In this document: positions 11,405 to 20,212 of the stretch, piece after piece
How positions within the stretch are numbered: position 1 is the stretch's first letter
How the letters are laid out: each line of letters opens with the position of its first letter
NCBI GenBank assembly: GCA_965248695.1
Contig: CBDFKD010000002.1
Span: 2,496,001-2,560,000, forward strand
Direction: 5' to 3'
From: Acidobacteriota bacterium
GTDB lineage: Bacteria > Acidobacteriota > UBA890 > WLXD01
DNA: 64,000 nt
Program-made: the position numbers and the translations under genes
The notes under the pieces: model-generated
Told to the model about the DNA's origin: nothing
The model's input: the letters and a program-made list of their open reading frames with translations, nothing else
Databases searched by the model: none

Positions 11405-12214
11405 ATGCCGTCAACTTCTCGCTTCAAGCAAGAGTCCACCCCTAACGCGCGGCGCCGCAGGCGGGCGCACCCGGCCGCGGGAGTCCTCGGTCGTGCGCTG
11501 CTTGCCGCCCTGGTTGTCGGGATACCGGCGATCGGTGTCGGCGCGCAGCAGGTGGGCGTGTTCTACCCCGACGTCCCCGGAGAGCTGTTGCTCGAGAACG
11601 AGTACGTTGTCGTGCAGAGGTTCATCATCGAGCCGGGGCAGTGGGAGGGGATTCACTCCCATCCGGGCAACCACCTCTGGGTGTTCGTCAAAGGTGGTCT
11701 AACGGCCGAACGCCGCGGTGGCCAAGAGGTGCACAGGATGACTGAGCCTTCGGAAGATGGCTCCGTCGGATGGATGGACGCCGTCGAGCTTTCCGAGCAG
11801 CACGAATCCGGCAACATCGGGGACACGCCGATTGACTTCGTCTGGATCACCCTGAAGCCCTGTGAGCCACTGGCAAACCACACCGTCGGCCTGTTTTATC
11901 CGGACATCCCGATCGAGATGCTGTTCGAGAACGAGCGCGTCGTCGTGCAGCGGTTCGTCATCGAGCCGGGGGAGTGGGAGGGAATCCACTCCCATGCGGG
12001 CAACCAGGTCTACGTTCACGTCAAGGGAGGTATCTGGGCCGGACGCATGGGCGGCCGCGAGGTCTACCGGGGGCCACCTTCGGAGGATGGCTCCGTTGGA
12101 TGGCTAGACGCCATCGAACTGTCCGAGGGGCACAATTCCGGCAACGTCGGGGACACGACGATGGATCTTGTATACGTGACCGTCAAACCGTGTCGCCCGT
12201 CAGCGGCGCCGTGA
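11405..12214 (+). CDS. Secreted tandem-cupin protein
   Basis: Signal peptide ending GVGA-QQ, then two similar cupin units, each with EN..V.V.R..IEPG.WEG.HSH and H.SGN.GDT. Start moved to the ATG at 11405 because the listed ORF overlaps spdH. Confidence 0.78.
   Translation: MPSTSRFKQESTPNARRRRRAHPAAGVLGRALLAALVVGIPAIGVGAQQVGVFYPDVPGELLLENEYVVVQRFIIEPGQWEGIHSHPGNHLWVFVKGGLTAERRGGQEVHRMTEPSEDGSVGWMDAVELSEQHESGNIGDTPIDFVWITLKPCEPLANHTVGLFYPDIPIEMLFENERVVVQRFVIEPGEWEGIHSHAGNQVYVHVKGGIWAGRMGGREVYRGPPSEDGSVGWLDAIELSEGHNSGNVGDTTMDLVYVTVKPCRPSAAP
11552..12193 (+). repeat. Intragenic tandem duplication (about 11552-11863 and 11885-12193)
   Basis: Aligned units share long stretches such as CATCGAGCCGGGG..GTGGGAGGG, CCTTCGGA.GATGGCTCCGT.GGATGG and TCCGGCAAC.TCGGGGACACG. 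Confidence 0.85.
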
Positions 12215-12229
12215 GAGCGAGGAGAGCGC

Positions 12230-13216
12230 GTGAAGATCCCCCTCGAGGAACTACGAGACCTGGCCGAACGAGCCCTTCTGAAGTACGGCTACTCGGAAGA
12301 GGAGACCCGCGTCATCCTCGAGATGCTCATGTATGCCCAAACGCGAGGCAATGATCAGGGCATTGTGAAGCTGATTGGCAAAGGGATGCCCAAACATGCC
12401 AATGCAGAGCCGCCAACCATAGAAAAAGAGACGCCCGCGACTGCGATCATCAACGCCAACCTGTCGATGGAAGCCGTTGCCATGGAACAAGCCGTGACCA
12501 TGGTGATCGACAAGGCGAAGAACATGGGCATCGCGATCGTCGGGACGCATACCGGCGACGGATCATCCGGTGCCATCGGATACTGGTCACGCAGGATTGC
12601 GGACGCTGGCCTGGTCGGTATCACCATGTCGAGCTACCCCCACGCGATGGTGCCTCCCGCCGGCTCGTTCGAGCCGCTGTTTTGTACCAACCCGATAGCG
12701 TGGGGCGTTCCTACCGACGGCGAACCGATTGTCCTGGACATGTCGTCATCGGGGATCTCGTTCTTCGGTCTGATTGAAGCGAAGACACGGGGAGTCCAGG
12801 TCGCCGAAGGGCTCGGCTATGACAAGGAGGGCCACGAGACCACAGACCCCGCCGAGATCATGGAGGGGGCGATCAGACCGTTCGACCAGGGAGTAAAGGG
12901 CGCCGGTCTGGCGTTGATGGTACAGATCATAGGCGGTGCTCTGGTTGGTGGGGATTTCTTGAACGGAAGCGATCATGACGGCAACGTCGTCATTGCGATC
13001 GACCCTGGCGCGATGATCGGAACGTCGCGATTCATCGAAGAAAGGACCAAGATCACAACGGCAATAAAGCAAGCCAAGAGACTCGATGGCGTTGAGGAGA
13101 TAATGGTCCCGGGTGAGCGCGGCGACAAGATCAGAGCCCGCGTCCTCGATAGTGGCGAGCTGGAAGTGGAAGACAATCTGCTGAACAGCCTCCGGGCTTT
13201 TGTGGAAGGCGACTGA
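12230..13216 (+). CDS. Ldh_2 family (malate/L-lactate/ureidoglycolate-like) oxidoreductase
   Basis: GAIGYW, TNPIAWGVP, IVLDMSSS, TTDP, KGAGLALMV, IAIDP, PGERG. Confidence 0.85.
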   Translation: MKIPLEELRDLAERALLKYGYSEEETRVILEMLMYAQTRGNDQGIVKLIGKGMPKHANAEPPTIEKETPATAIINANLSMEAVAMEQAVTMVIDKAKNMGIAIVGTHTGDGSSGAIGYWSRRIADAGLVGITMSSYPHAMVPPAGSFEPLFCTNPIAWGVPTDGEPIVLDMSSSGISFFGLIEAKTRGVQVAEGLGYDKEGHETTDPAEIMEGAIRPFDQGVKGAGLALMVQIIGGALVGGDFLNGSDHDGNVVIAIDPGAMIGTSRFIEERTKITTAIKQAKRLDGVEEIMVPGERGDKIRARVLDSGELEVEDNLLNSLRAFVEGD

Positions 13217-13221
13217 ACGAC

Positions 13222-13980
13222 ATGGATTTCACCGACAAGCGAGTCTTGGTTACGGGCGGCAGTCGAGGTATCGGCTTTGCGATTGCACAGGCCTTTGTTG
13301 ACGCTGGCGCGCGCGTGGCCATCAACGGCAGAACGGAGCAATCCGTGAGCGCCGCGATCGACAAGCTGGGCGCCAGTGATCGTCTGGTGGCAGCACCCGG
13401 CGATATCGGTACCGTTGCCGGCTGCGAGTCAGCGGTTGAGACGGCGAACGATGCCTTCGGCGGTCTCGATGTTCTGGTGAACAGTGCCGGTGTCGGCTCT
13501 GGCAGACCCATCGAGGAGAGCGACGAGGCGATGTGGGACGCTCACGTCGACGTCAACCTGAAGGGCACGTTCTTCTGCTGCCGTGCGGCATTGCCCGAGC
13601 TGCGCAAGTCCAACGGCAACATCGTCAACATCGCCTCCGACGCCGGCCTGATGGGGGTTCCGGGCATCGTGGTGTACTGCGCCTCCAAAGCAGGGGTCGT
13701 CAACATGTCGAAGGCGATGGCGCTGGAAGTGGCGCCAGAGGTACGGGTCAACTCCGTATGTCCCGGTTATGTCGATACCGACATGATCCGCCGCGACCAT
13801 ATAGACAAGAAAGATGACCCGGCCGCGGCGGAGCAGGGGATGATCGACTACGCGCCGATGAAGCGCATCGCAACGCCAGCCGAGATTGGCGAGGCGGTGC
13901 TGTATCTGGCCTCATCCGAGGCACGTTTCATTACTGGTGCCGCGCTAGCGATTGATGGTGGCTCGACCGCCGGCCGTTGA
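13222..13980 (+). CDS. SDR family NAD(P)-dependent oxidoreductase
   Basis: TGGSRGIG, NSAG, YCASK, VNSVCPG.VDT, ITG..LAIDGG. Confidence 0.95.
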   Translation: MDFTDKRVLVTGGSRGIGFAIAQAFVDAGARVAINGRTEQSVSAAIDKLGASDRLVAAPGDIGTVAGCESAVETANDAFGGLDVLVNSAGVGSGRPIEESDEAMWDAHVDVNLKGTFFCCRAALPELRKSNGNIVNIASDAGLMGVPGIVVYCASKAGVVNMSKAMALEVAPEVRVNSVCPGYVDTDMIRRDHIDKKDDPAAAEQGMIDYAPMKRIATPAEIGEAVLYLASSEARFITGAALAIDGGSTAGR

Positions 13981-14061
13981 GGTCCCGCCTGGCCCTCCAG
14001 CGTTGCTTGGTGCGCTCAGGAACTGGTCGATCGCTTCCCGAAGGCGCCGTCAACTGCGGGC

Positions 14062-15828
14062 TCAGAAGCTCCAGAACCGCGGTATGAAGATCACGGACAT
14101 GATCCAGAACAGGATGCTGAGCGGCACCCCGGTGCGCAGGAAGTCCGTGTACCTGTAGCCGCCCGGGTTGTAGATCATCGTGTTCGTCTGGTAGCCGACC
14201 GGGGTCGAGAACCCGGTCGAGGCGGCGAAGGTGATCGCCATCAGCAGCGGCCTCGGGTTGATGCCTGCCTGCTCGGCCGTCGAGATGGCAATCGGGGCGA
14301 GCAGCACGGCCGCGGCGTTGTTGCTCATGCAGTCGGTCATGATCGAGGTCATGAGGTACACGACGGCAAGCACGGCGACCGGGCCCATGTCTCCGACCAT
14401 GCCAACAGCGTTGTCGGCGATGAAACCCGCCGCACCGCTCTTTTGCATGGCGATGCCAAGCGGCAGGATGCCCGCCAGCAGAAAGATGACCTGCCAGTTG
14501 ATGGCACCGTAGGCCTCGTCCAGTCGCAGACAGCGAGTCAGCACCATGGCGGCGCAGCCGAGCAGCGCCGAGACCAGGATCGGCAGGATGTTGAACGCCG
14601 CCAGCCCGACGACAGCGGCGAGAATTGCCAGCACCATCGGTGCCTTGTGCTGCATCCCGGCCCCCGGTACCTCGTCTAGGACGATGAAGTCCTCGTCGCT
14701 CCGCAAAGCCCTGATCTGCGCCTCGGGGGCCTGGATCAGCAACGCGTCACCCAGACCGAGACTCACGGAGTTCAGCTTGTCGCTGATCGTCTCTCCGCGC
14801 CGCTGAACCGCGAGCACGAGGGCCTTGTAGCGGTTGCGGAAATCGAGGTCCTTGAGGGTCAGGCCGATGAGCTCCGATCCCGGCGCCACCAGCGCCTGGA
14901 CGAGTCGCATCTCCTCCGTCTGCAGTGTCGAATCCCGCAGCTTGAACTCGACGTTGAGCTCCAACCTCGCCGATTCGCGAAGGTGCATCAACTCGGCAAG
15001 CCTGCCGCGCACGAGCAGCACATCGCCCATCTCGAGCGTCTGTCGCAGCGGCGCCCAGACCGCCTTAGCAACGTGCAGCAGCCGTAGCACCGTGACGTCG
15101 TGATCCTCACCCAGGCGGCTCTCCCGCACGGTCTTGCCGATCAGCGGCGAGTTCCTGCCGACCCGCATCTCGGTGATGTACTCGCCCAGCTGATAAGCAA
15201 CGGCGAGCTCCTGAGCCTTGCGCTCAGGAAGCAGCCAGTGCCCCAGAGTCAGGAAGAAGACGACTCCGGTGGCGAAGAGAATCAGCCCCATGCGGCTGAA
15301 CTCGAACATGCTGAAGGCGCCGTAGCCGGCCTGATCGGAAATGGAGCTGACCAGCAGGTTGGTCGATGTGCCGATCAGCGTGCACACGCCACCGAACTGC
15401 GAGGCGTACGACAGCGGGATGAGCAGCCGCGAGGCAGCGATCTTGCGCCGGTTCGCCACCACCATCACCAGGGGGATGAACACCGCCACGGCCGCGGTGT
15501 TGTTGATGAAGGCCGACATCACGCCGATCGTCCCCATGATCACGACCAGGGCAGTGAAGTAGCTCTGTCCGAAGCGCACCATCAGGCGCCCGACGGCTGC
15601 CGTGGCGCCGGTCTTCTGAAGGCCGGCGCTGAGGATGAACATCGCCGCAACGGTTACCGTCGCTGGATTGCTGAAGCCGGAGACACCCTCCTCGGGCGTG
15701 ACCAGACCCAGGACCAGCAGCATCGCCAGCACCAGCAACGCCACGAAGTCGAGCGGGTACTTCTCGGAGACGAAGAGCGCGACCGCTCCGACCAGGATCC
15801 CCAGCACCAAAATCGCGTCGAAAGGCAT
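14062..15828 (-). CDS. SLC13/DASS family permease with two TrkA-C domains
   Basis: Multiple TM segments, SAFINNT, GG.CTLIGTSTNL, MSNNA, TPVGYQTN, and a central TrkA-C SPLIGKT repeat. Confidence 0.92.
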   Translation of the reverse strand: MPFDAILVLGILVGAVALFVSEKYPLDFVALLVLAMLLVLGLVTPEEGVSGFSNPATVTVAAMFILSAGLQKTGATAAVGRLMVRFGQSYFTALVVIMGTIGVMSAFINNTAAVAVFIPLVMVVANRRKIAASRLLIPLSYASQFGGVCTLIGTSTNLLVSSISDQAGYGAFSMFEFSRMGLILFATGVVFFLTLGHWLLPERKAQELAVAYQLGEYITEMRVGRNSPLIGKTVRESRLGEDHDVTVLRLLHVAKAVWAPLRQTLEMGDVLLVRGRLAELMHLRESARLELNVEFKLRDSTLQTEEMRLVQALVAPGSELIGLTLKDLDFRNRYKALVLAVQRRGETISDKLNSVSLGLGDALLIQAPEAQIRALRSDEDFIVLDEVPGAGMQHKAPMVLAILAAVVGLAAFNILPILVSALLGCAAMVLTRCLRLDEAYGAINWQVIFLLAGILPLGIAMQKSGAAGFIADNAVGMVGDMGPVAVLAVVYLMTSIMTDCMSNNAAAVLLAPIAISTAEQAGINPRPLLMAITFAASTGFSTPVGYQTNTMIYNPGGYRYTDFLRTGVPLSILFWIMSVIFIPRFWSF

Positions 15829-15884
15829 AGCGAAGTCTACCTGACGTCATCCGGACGGCAACAGAATCCGCGCCTTCGGAGGCG

Positions 15885-17138
15885 CTAACGCCGGGCGTCG
15901 GTCGCGGTCAGCGGGCTCAGGTAGTCCCTGCCGCTGATCCCCTTCTTCCTCATGGCGATGCCCGTCAGGCACTCGTCGACGACCTGCTTGGAGTTGAGCA
16001 CGGTCGTGTAACCCGAGTCGAGGAGGGGGTTGAGCTCGACGAGGTCGAAACCGACGACGTTGTTCTCGGCGCACAGGCCGCGAACGATGGGGAACACCTC
16101 GCGGGGCATGAGTCCGCCCGGCACGGGGGTGCCGGTTCCCTGGGTGAACGCCGGGTCCATGACGTCGATGTCGAACGAGATGTGCAGATAGTCCGGCCCG
16201 TCGTTGGCCTCGTCGAGAACTCGTTCCATGACGATTCCCCAGCCGTCGCGATTGATCTCGGCCATGGTGTGGTAGCGGAGGTTGTTGGCTCGCATCCACT
16301 CGAACCCGGCCTCCCCCGGCCAAGCACCCCGCAGGCCTACCTGGATGAAGTTCTGACCGAGGACGTGTCCGTCGTCGACGAGCCGTCGTATCGGCTGTGC
16401 GTGGGAGATCAAGTGGCCACGGCGAGTGTCGCCGGCGTCGTAGTGGGCATCGAAATGGATGACGCCAACGGCCTCCTTGCCGTACACGTCCGCGAGCCCG
16501 GCAACGTTGGCGAACTCGATAGAGTGATCCCCGCCGATGATGATAGGGATGGCGCCCGCCTCGGCGATCTCGCGCACCATGCGTCGAATGGGCGGCATGC
16601 TGCGCTCGACGCTCAGGTTGTCGATCGGAGCGTTGCCGTAATCCACGGCCTTCAGCTCCTCCTTCCAGCTGATCATCGTCTCCATGCTGCCGCCGCCGCG
16701 CCGCAGCGCGCGGAATGCAGTGGGTCCCTCGCCGGCGCCTCGATACCCGACCCCCATGTCGACAGGGGCTCCGATGAACGCCACCTCCACCTCGCCAGCG
16801 GTCAGGTCCTCGATCGTCCTGGCAACGGGTAGCCCGAAGAAGCTCAGGGCCGATCCGACTCCGACCGGTCCCGGCTCGCGCGGCGGATCGTCCGAGATGT
16901 CGCGATCCCTCCACACCTCGAGGTTCTCGTCATTCGGATCCAACCGGATGATCGCCGATTCGGGGTCGACTTCCGGCTCGCCCTGTTCCTCGCCTTCCGC
17001 GGCCTCGCTCTCTGTCGACTCGGCTTGGTCGGAGTCCGGCTCCGAAACGGCTTCGGCGGGATCAGCGGCCGGCTGCGGCGTGCAGGCAACCGAGAACACC
17101 AGCAACAGGATCGCGATTGCCCGCGTGAGCCGCCGCAC
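15885..17138 (-). CDS. Ureohydrolase (agmatinase/arginase family) lipoprotein
   Basis: Likely GTG start at 17138, 2 nt after the Rieske gene stop. Lipobox-like SVA-C. Metal motifs GGDHS, DAHYD, SFDIDVMDP, GTGTPVPGG, DLVELNP. Confidence 0.88.
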   Translation of the reverse strand: MRRLTRAIAILLLVFSVACTPQPAADPAEAVSEPDSDQAESTESEAAEGEEQGEPEVDPESAIIRLDPNDENLEVWRDRDISDDPPREPGPVGVGSALSFFGLPVARTIEDLTAGEVEVAFIGAPVDMGVGYRGAGEGPTAFRALRRGGGSMETMISWKEELKAVDYGNAPIDNLSVERSMPPIRRMVREIAEAGAIPIIIGGDHSIEFANVAGLADVYGKEAVGVIHFDAHYDAGDTRRGHLISHAQPIRRLVDDGHVLGQNFIQVGLRGAWPGEAGFEWMRANNLRYHTMAEINRDGWGIVMERVLDEANDGPDYLHISFDIDVMDPAFTQGTGTPVPGGLMPREVFPIVRGLCAENNVVGFDLVELNPLLDSGYTTVLNSKQVVDECLTGIAMRKKGISGRDYLSPLTATDARR

Positions 17139-17140
17139 GA

Positions 17141-18688
17141 CTAGTCGCCGGCCTGCACGACTTCCTTCATGTACCAGTCGATGAAACGGGACGGGCCGCC
17201 CTCGTGGGTGGAGTAGCGACCGGCACCGTAGGCACCCGACTCGATGCCGGCGTGGTTGTTTTCGGTGATCCAGATGTCCTCCTGGATCGTGACGTGCCAC
17301 AGCGCCTTGACGTTGTCCGGATCGTAGTCGCGACCGTCGACGGCGTCGGGGTGCACCAGCCAGACGATCTCGCAGTCGGTGAAGTTCTCCGACCGCGGCG
17401 TGAACCGAGCCACGGCGACGTGGTCGTCGTAGGTCTGCCAGTAGCCGGTCGACTCGGCGGTCGTCGTGCCGCCCGTCTCGTGCTTCCACTCCGTGATACC
17501 CGGGAGCAGGATCGACACCGCCTTGCCATCGATTGATCCGGTAACGAAGCCGGGATTGAGCAACCCGCCCATGCTGCCGTAGGCGGGCGTGTCGGCGTCG
17601 CCTTCGCCGCCCATGCCTTCACCGCCCATGCCCTCGGCACCCACATCAGCCGACGCGGAATTCCGCCGTCGACGCGCGTGCGGCGGCACCCAGGCAGCGA
17701 CCGCGGCGGCCTTGTCTGCCCGCTGCTCGGGGGTGAGGTCGTTGTCCCAGTTGTGGGTGGTTACCAACGGGGTATGCGCTGGCCCGCAGTGATAGCACTC
17801 CTTGAAATTCTCCAGCGCCAGCTTCCAGTTAGCGTTGATCGGGTAGTACTCGCGCGCCGCGACCTTGAGCTCCTCCAGGGGCCACTTCTCGCCCACGGGA
17901 CCAAGCCGGCTGGCTACGGCCGTCTCGAAGTCGGGCGGCGTGTCCGACTTCGACAGGTTGACGAAGACCTGGCCTTCGGCGACTCGCAGGTGGCAGGGCA
18001 GCAGGCCGTTGTCCGCCGGGTCGAAGTCGTCCTGCATGCCGTAGGCGTAGATGAGGCTGCCCTCGGTGTCGTAGGTCCAGGCGTGGTACGGGCACCGAAA
18101 CACGGGAGAGCTACCCGACTGCCCCAGCTGCTTGACCGACAGGCGCGGGTCATCGGGCTTCTCGTCGGCATCGTGACGGCACAGCCGTGATCCGCGATGG
18201 CGACAGACGTTGTAGAAGCCGCGGATCTCGTTGTCCTGTCCACGCACGATGAGGATCGACTCGGAGCGACCGAACTCGAAGACGTAGAAGTCACCCGGGT
18301 TCGGAATGCGGCTCGCCTGGTCGGTGTACTGCCATAGGTTCTCCGCCACGAAGGCCTCGTCGGCGTCGAAGTGCTGCGCCTCGGTGTAGTACTCGGCGGG
18401 AATGGTGGTCCCCTCTTTCCAGCCGTTCACGCTGGCCTTGCGCGGAAGCGGCGCGGTGAGGGCAGGCGCACCGCGGCCACCATAGCCAACAGGATCGTTG
18501 CGCATCTCGACACGGGCGGCGCGACCATAGGTGGTCTTCTTGGCGGCCGTCTTGGCCGGGGTCGAGCCGAACAACGACTTGGGCAGGGTCACTGCCGCCG
18601 TGCCCGCAGCGACGGAGCTGGTCGCGAAGGTTCGGCGGCTCAGCTTGGTCTCCGCACCGGTCATCTCGTCTGTGTCTCGCTTGCTCAT
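17141..18688 (-). CDS. Rieske non-heme iron oxygenase alpha subunit (GbcA/CntA/Stc2-like) with a twin-arginine signal
   Basis: CRH...CPYH Rieske ligands, NWK...ENF.ECYHC...H and QED iron ligands, N-terminal SRRTF followed by an Ala/Val-rich segment. Confidence 0.9.
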   Translation of the reverse strand: MSKRDTDEMTGAETKLSRRTFATSSVAAGTAAVTLPKSLFGSTPAKTAAKKTTYGRAARVEMRNDPVGYGGRGAPALTAPLPRKASVNGWKEGTTIPAEYYTEAQHFDADEAFVAENLWQYTDQASRIPNPGDFYVFEFGRSESILIVRGQDNEIRGFYNVCRHRGSRLCRHDADEKPDDPRLSVKQLGQSGSSPVFRCPYHAWTYDTEGSLIYAYGMQDDFDPADNGLLPCHLRVAEGQVFVNLSKSDTPPDFETAVASRLGPVGEKWPLEELKVAAREYYPINANWKLALENFKECYHCGPAHTPLVTTHNWDNDLTPEQRADKAAAVAAWVPPHARRRRNSASADVGAEGMGGEGMGGEGDADTPAYGSMGGLLNPGFVTGSIDGKAVSILLPGITEWKHETGGTTTAESTGYWQTYDDHVAVARFTPRSENFTDCEIVWLVHPDAVDGRDYDPDNVKALWHVTIQEDIWITENNHAGIESGAYGAGRYSTHEGGPSRFIDWYMKEVVQAGD

Positions 18689-18842
18689 GACGCCCTCCGT
18701 TCATCGAACTGAAACCGCAGTTCCTTCCTGCCACCCGAGCGTTATCACGAGCGCGGTGGTAATACAACGGACAGTGTGGCGTTCCGTACCACGACCATAC
18801 GCGGTTTCGAGACCCAAGCGCAGTCCCGGGAGGAGTAGAGCG

Positions 18843-20195
18843 ATGGCCAACTACGAATTCGATCGGCGGGCTTTCCTTGCCGGCTCGGCGGCATCCGCCG
18901 CGTGGGCCCTTTCCGACCGCGAGGCAGCGGCCAGCGGTGGCATCAACGCACAGGCCGTGCAGGAGGCGCTTACCCCCAGCCTGGATGGGCACCCTGGCCC
19001 ACCCTTCTCCAGAGCCGAGTACGCCGACCGACTGCGTCGCGTTCGCGAGCGCATGGCGCAGGACAACATCGACATGCTGCTGGTCACCATGCCCGAGGGC
19101 ATGTGCTACCTGCACGGTTTGCAGGTGAACTGGTACCAGCAGAACGATGGCCGGTCGCGGATGCTCAATGTGACCGCCGTGCATGTGGATCACGACAAGC
19201 TGATCCACTTCGACAGCCATGCGGAGATCATGGCGACCACATCCGTCGCCGAGGACATCCGCCCACCGGGCGGCGGCGCCCAGCGCTACGAGTCGGTGGC
19301 CAAGGAGCTGAAGGCGGCGGGCTGGCTCGAGGGTACCGTCGGGCTGGAGTTCTGGAGCTATCGTCCCAACCCGGGAAACTACGAGCGCCTGAAGGCAGTG
19401 TACGAGGGTCACGGTTGCAGGCTGGTCGACGGCTCCGACGTCTTGTCGGATGTACGGGTGCAGAAATCGCCGGCGGAGATCGCCGTGATGGAGGAGGCCG
19501 GACGGATCTGCGACCTCGGCTTGCAAGCAATCACCGACAACCTGCGCCCGGGGGTCACCAAGCTGCAGCTGTACGGGGCGATGATGCAGGCGATGGCAGA
19601 TGCGGGTGGCGAGACCGCCGGCCTGCTGCAGGGCGTCAAGGCGGGCGGCTGCAAGTTCCTGCACGGCATCTCGTCGACACGCGAGATCAAGGCAGGCGAT
19701 CACGTCGTCGCCGATATCTGCGGCGTCAAGCACCGCTACCACACCAACACCTGCCGCGGCTGGCATGTCGGCGAGCCGCCGGCAGCGCTGGTCGACATCT
19801 ACAAGCGGAACGGTCACGCCTCGCAGGTGCTGCTCGATACCGCCAAGGCCGGCACTCCGGTCGCCGAGCTCACCAGGGCGTTGCGTCGCTACTACAAGGA
19901 AGTCGGGGTGTGGGAGATGAAGCAGAAGGGCGACTTGCCCGGCTGGACCGGCGGCTACGAGCTCGGCCTCAGCTTCCCGCCTAGCTGGGTCGGCTGGCAT
20001 GGCTTCGCGGTGACCGACACCGACGTTCAGTCCACCTCCAGCCGCAGGCCCTACGAAGCGTTCCAGGAGCGCCAGATCAGCAACTACGAGAGCTTCGCGA
20101 CCGGCAGCACGGCCCTGATCGACACGTTCGTCTTCGAGCCCGACGGTGCCCGAATCCTGACGGACATTCCGGCGGAGTTGATCGTCGTTGCCTGA
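18843..20195 (+). CDS. M24-fold creatinase / ectoine-hydrolase-like amidohydrolase with Tat signal
   Basis: RBS AGGAG then ATG 18843. DRRAFL Tat motif, FSRAEYADRL..VRERM, KSPAEIA. RYHTN and GGYELG replace the metal-ligand motifs of Xaa-Pro peptidases. Confidence 0.8.
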   Translation: MANYEFDRRAFLAGSAASAAWALSDREAAASGGINAQAVQEALTPSLDGHPGPPFSRAEYADRLRRVRERMAQDNIDMLLVTMPEGMCYLHGLQVNWYQQNDGRSRMLNVTAVHVDHDKLIHFDSHAEIMATTSVAEDIRPPGGGAQRYESVAKELKAAGWLEGTVGLEFWSYRPNPGNYERLKAVYEGHGCRLVDGSDVLSDVRVQKSPAEIAVMEEAGRICDLGLQAITDNLRPGVTKLQLYGAMMQAMADAGGETAGLLQGVKAGGCKFLHGISSTREIKAGDHVVADICGVKHRYHTNTCRGWHVGEPPAALVDIYKRNGHASQVLLDTAKAGTPVAELTRALRRYYKEVGVWEMKQKGDLPGWTGGYELGLSFPPSWVGWHGFAVTDTDVQSTSSRRPYEAFQERQISNYESFATGSTALIDTFVFEPDGARILTDIPAELIVVA

Positions 20196-20212
20196 CACAA
20201 GGGCCTGACACG

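Noticed and set aside
17139-17489. N-terminal extension of the ureohydrolase ORF
   Set aside because: Overlaps the Rieske gene. GTG 17138 gives a proper lipoprotein signal.
17601-17636. 15-bp tandem repeat (EGMGG x2) in the Rieske gene
   Set aside because: In-frame low-complexity loop, not a CRISPR or regulatory repeat.
18689-18842. Possible guanidine or other riboswitch near the ureohydrolase/creatinase genes (also checked upstream of EamA)
   Set aside because: No paired ACGR hairpins or other riboswitch consensus visible by eye; an Rfam/Infernal scan would be decisive.
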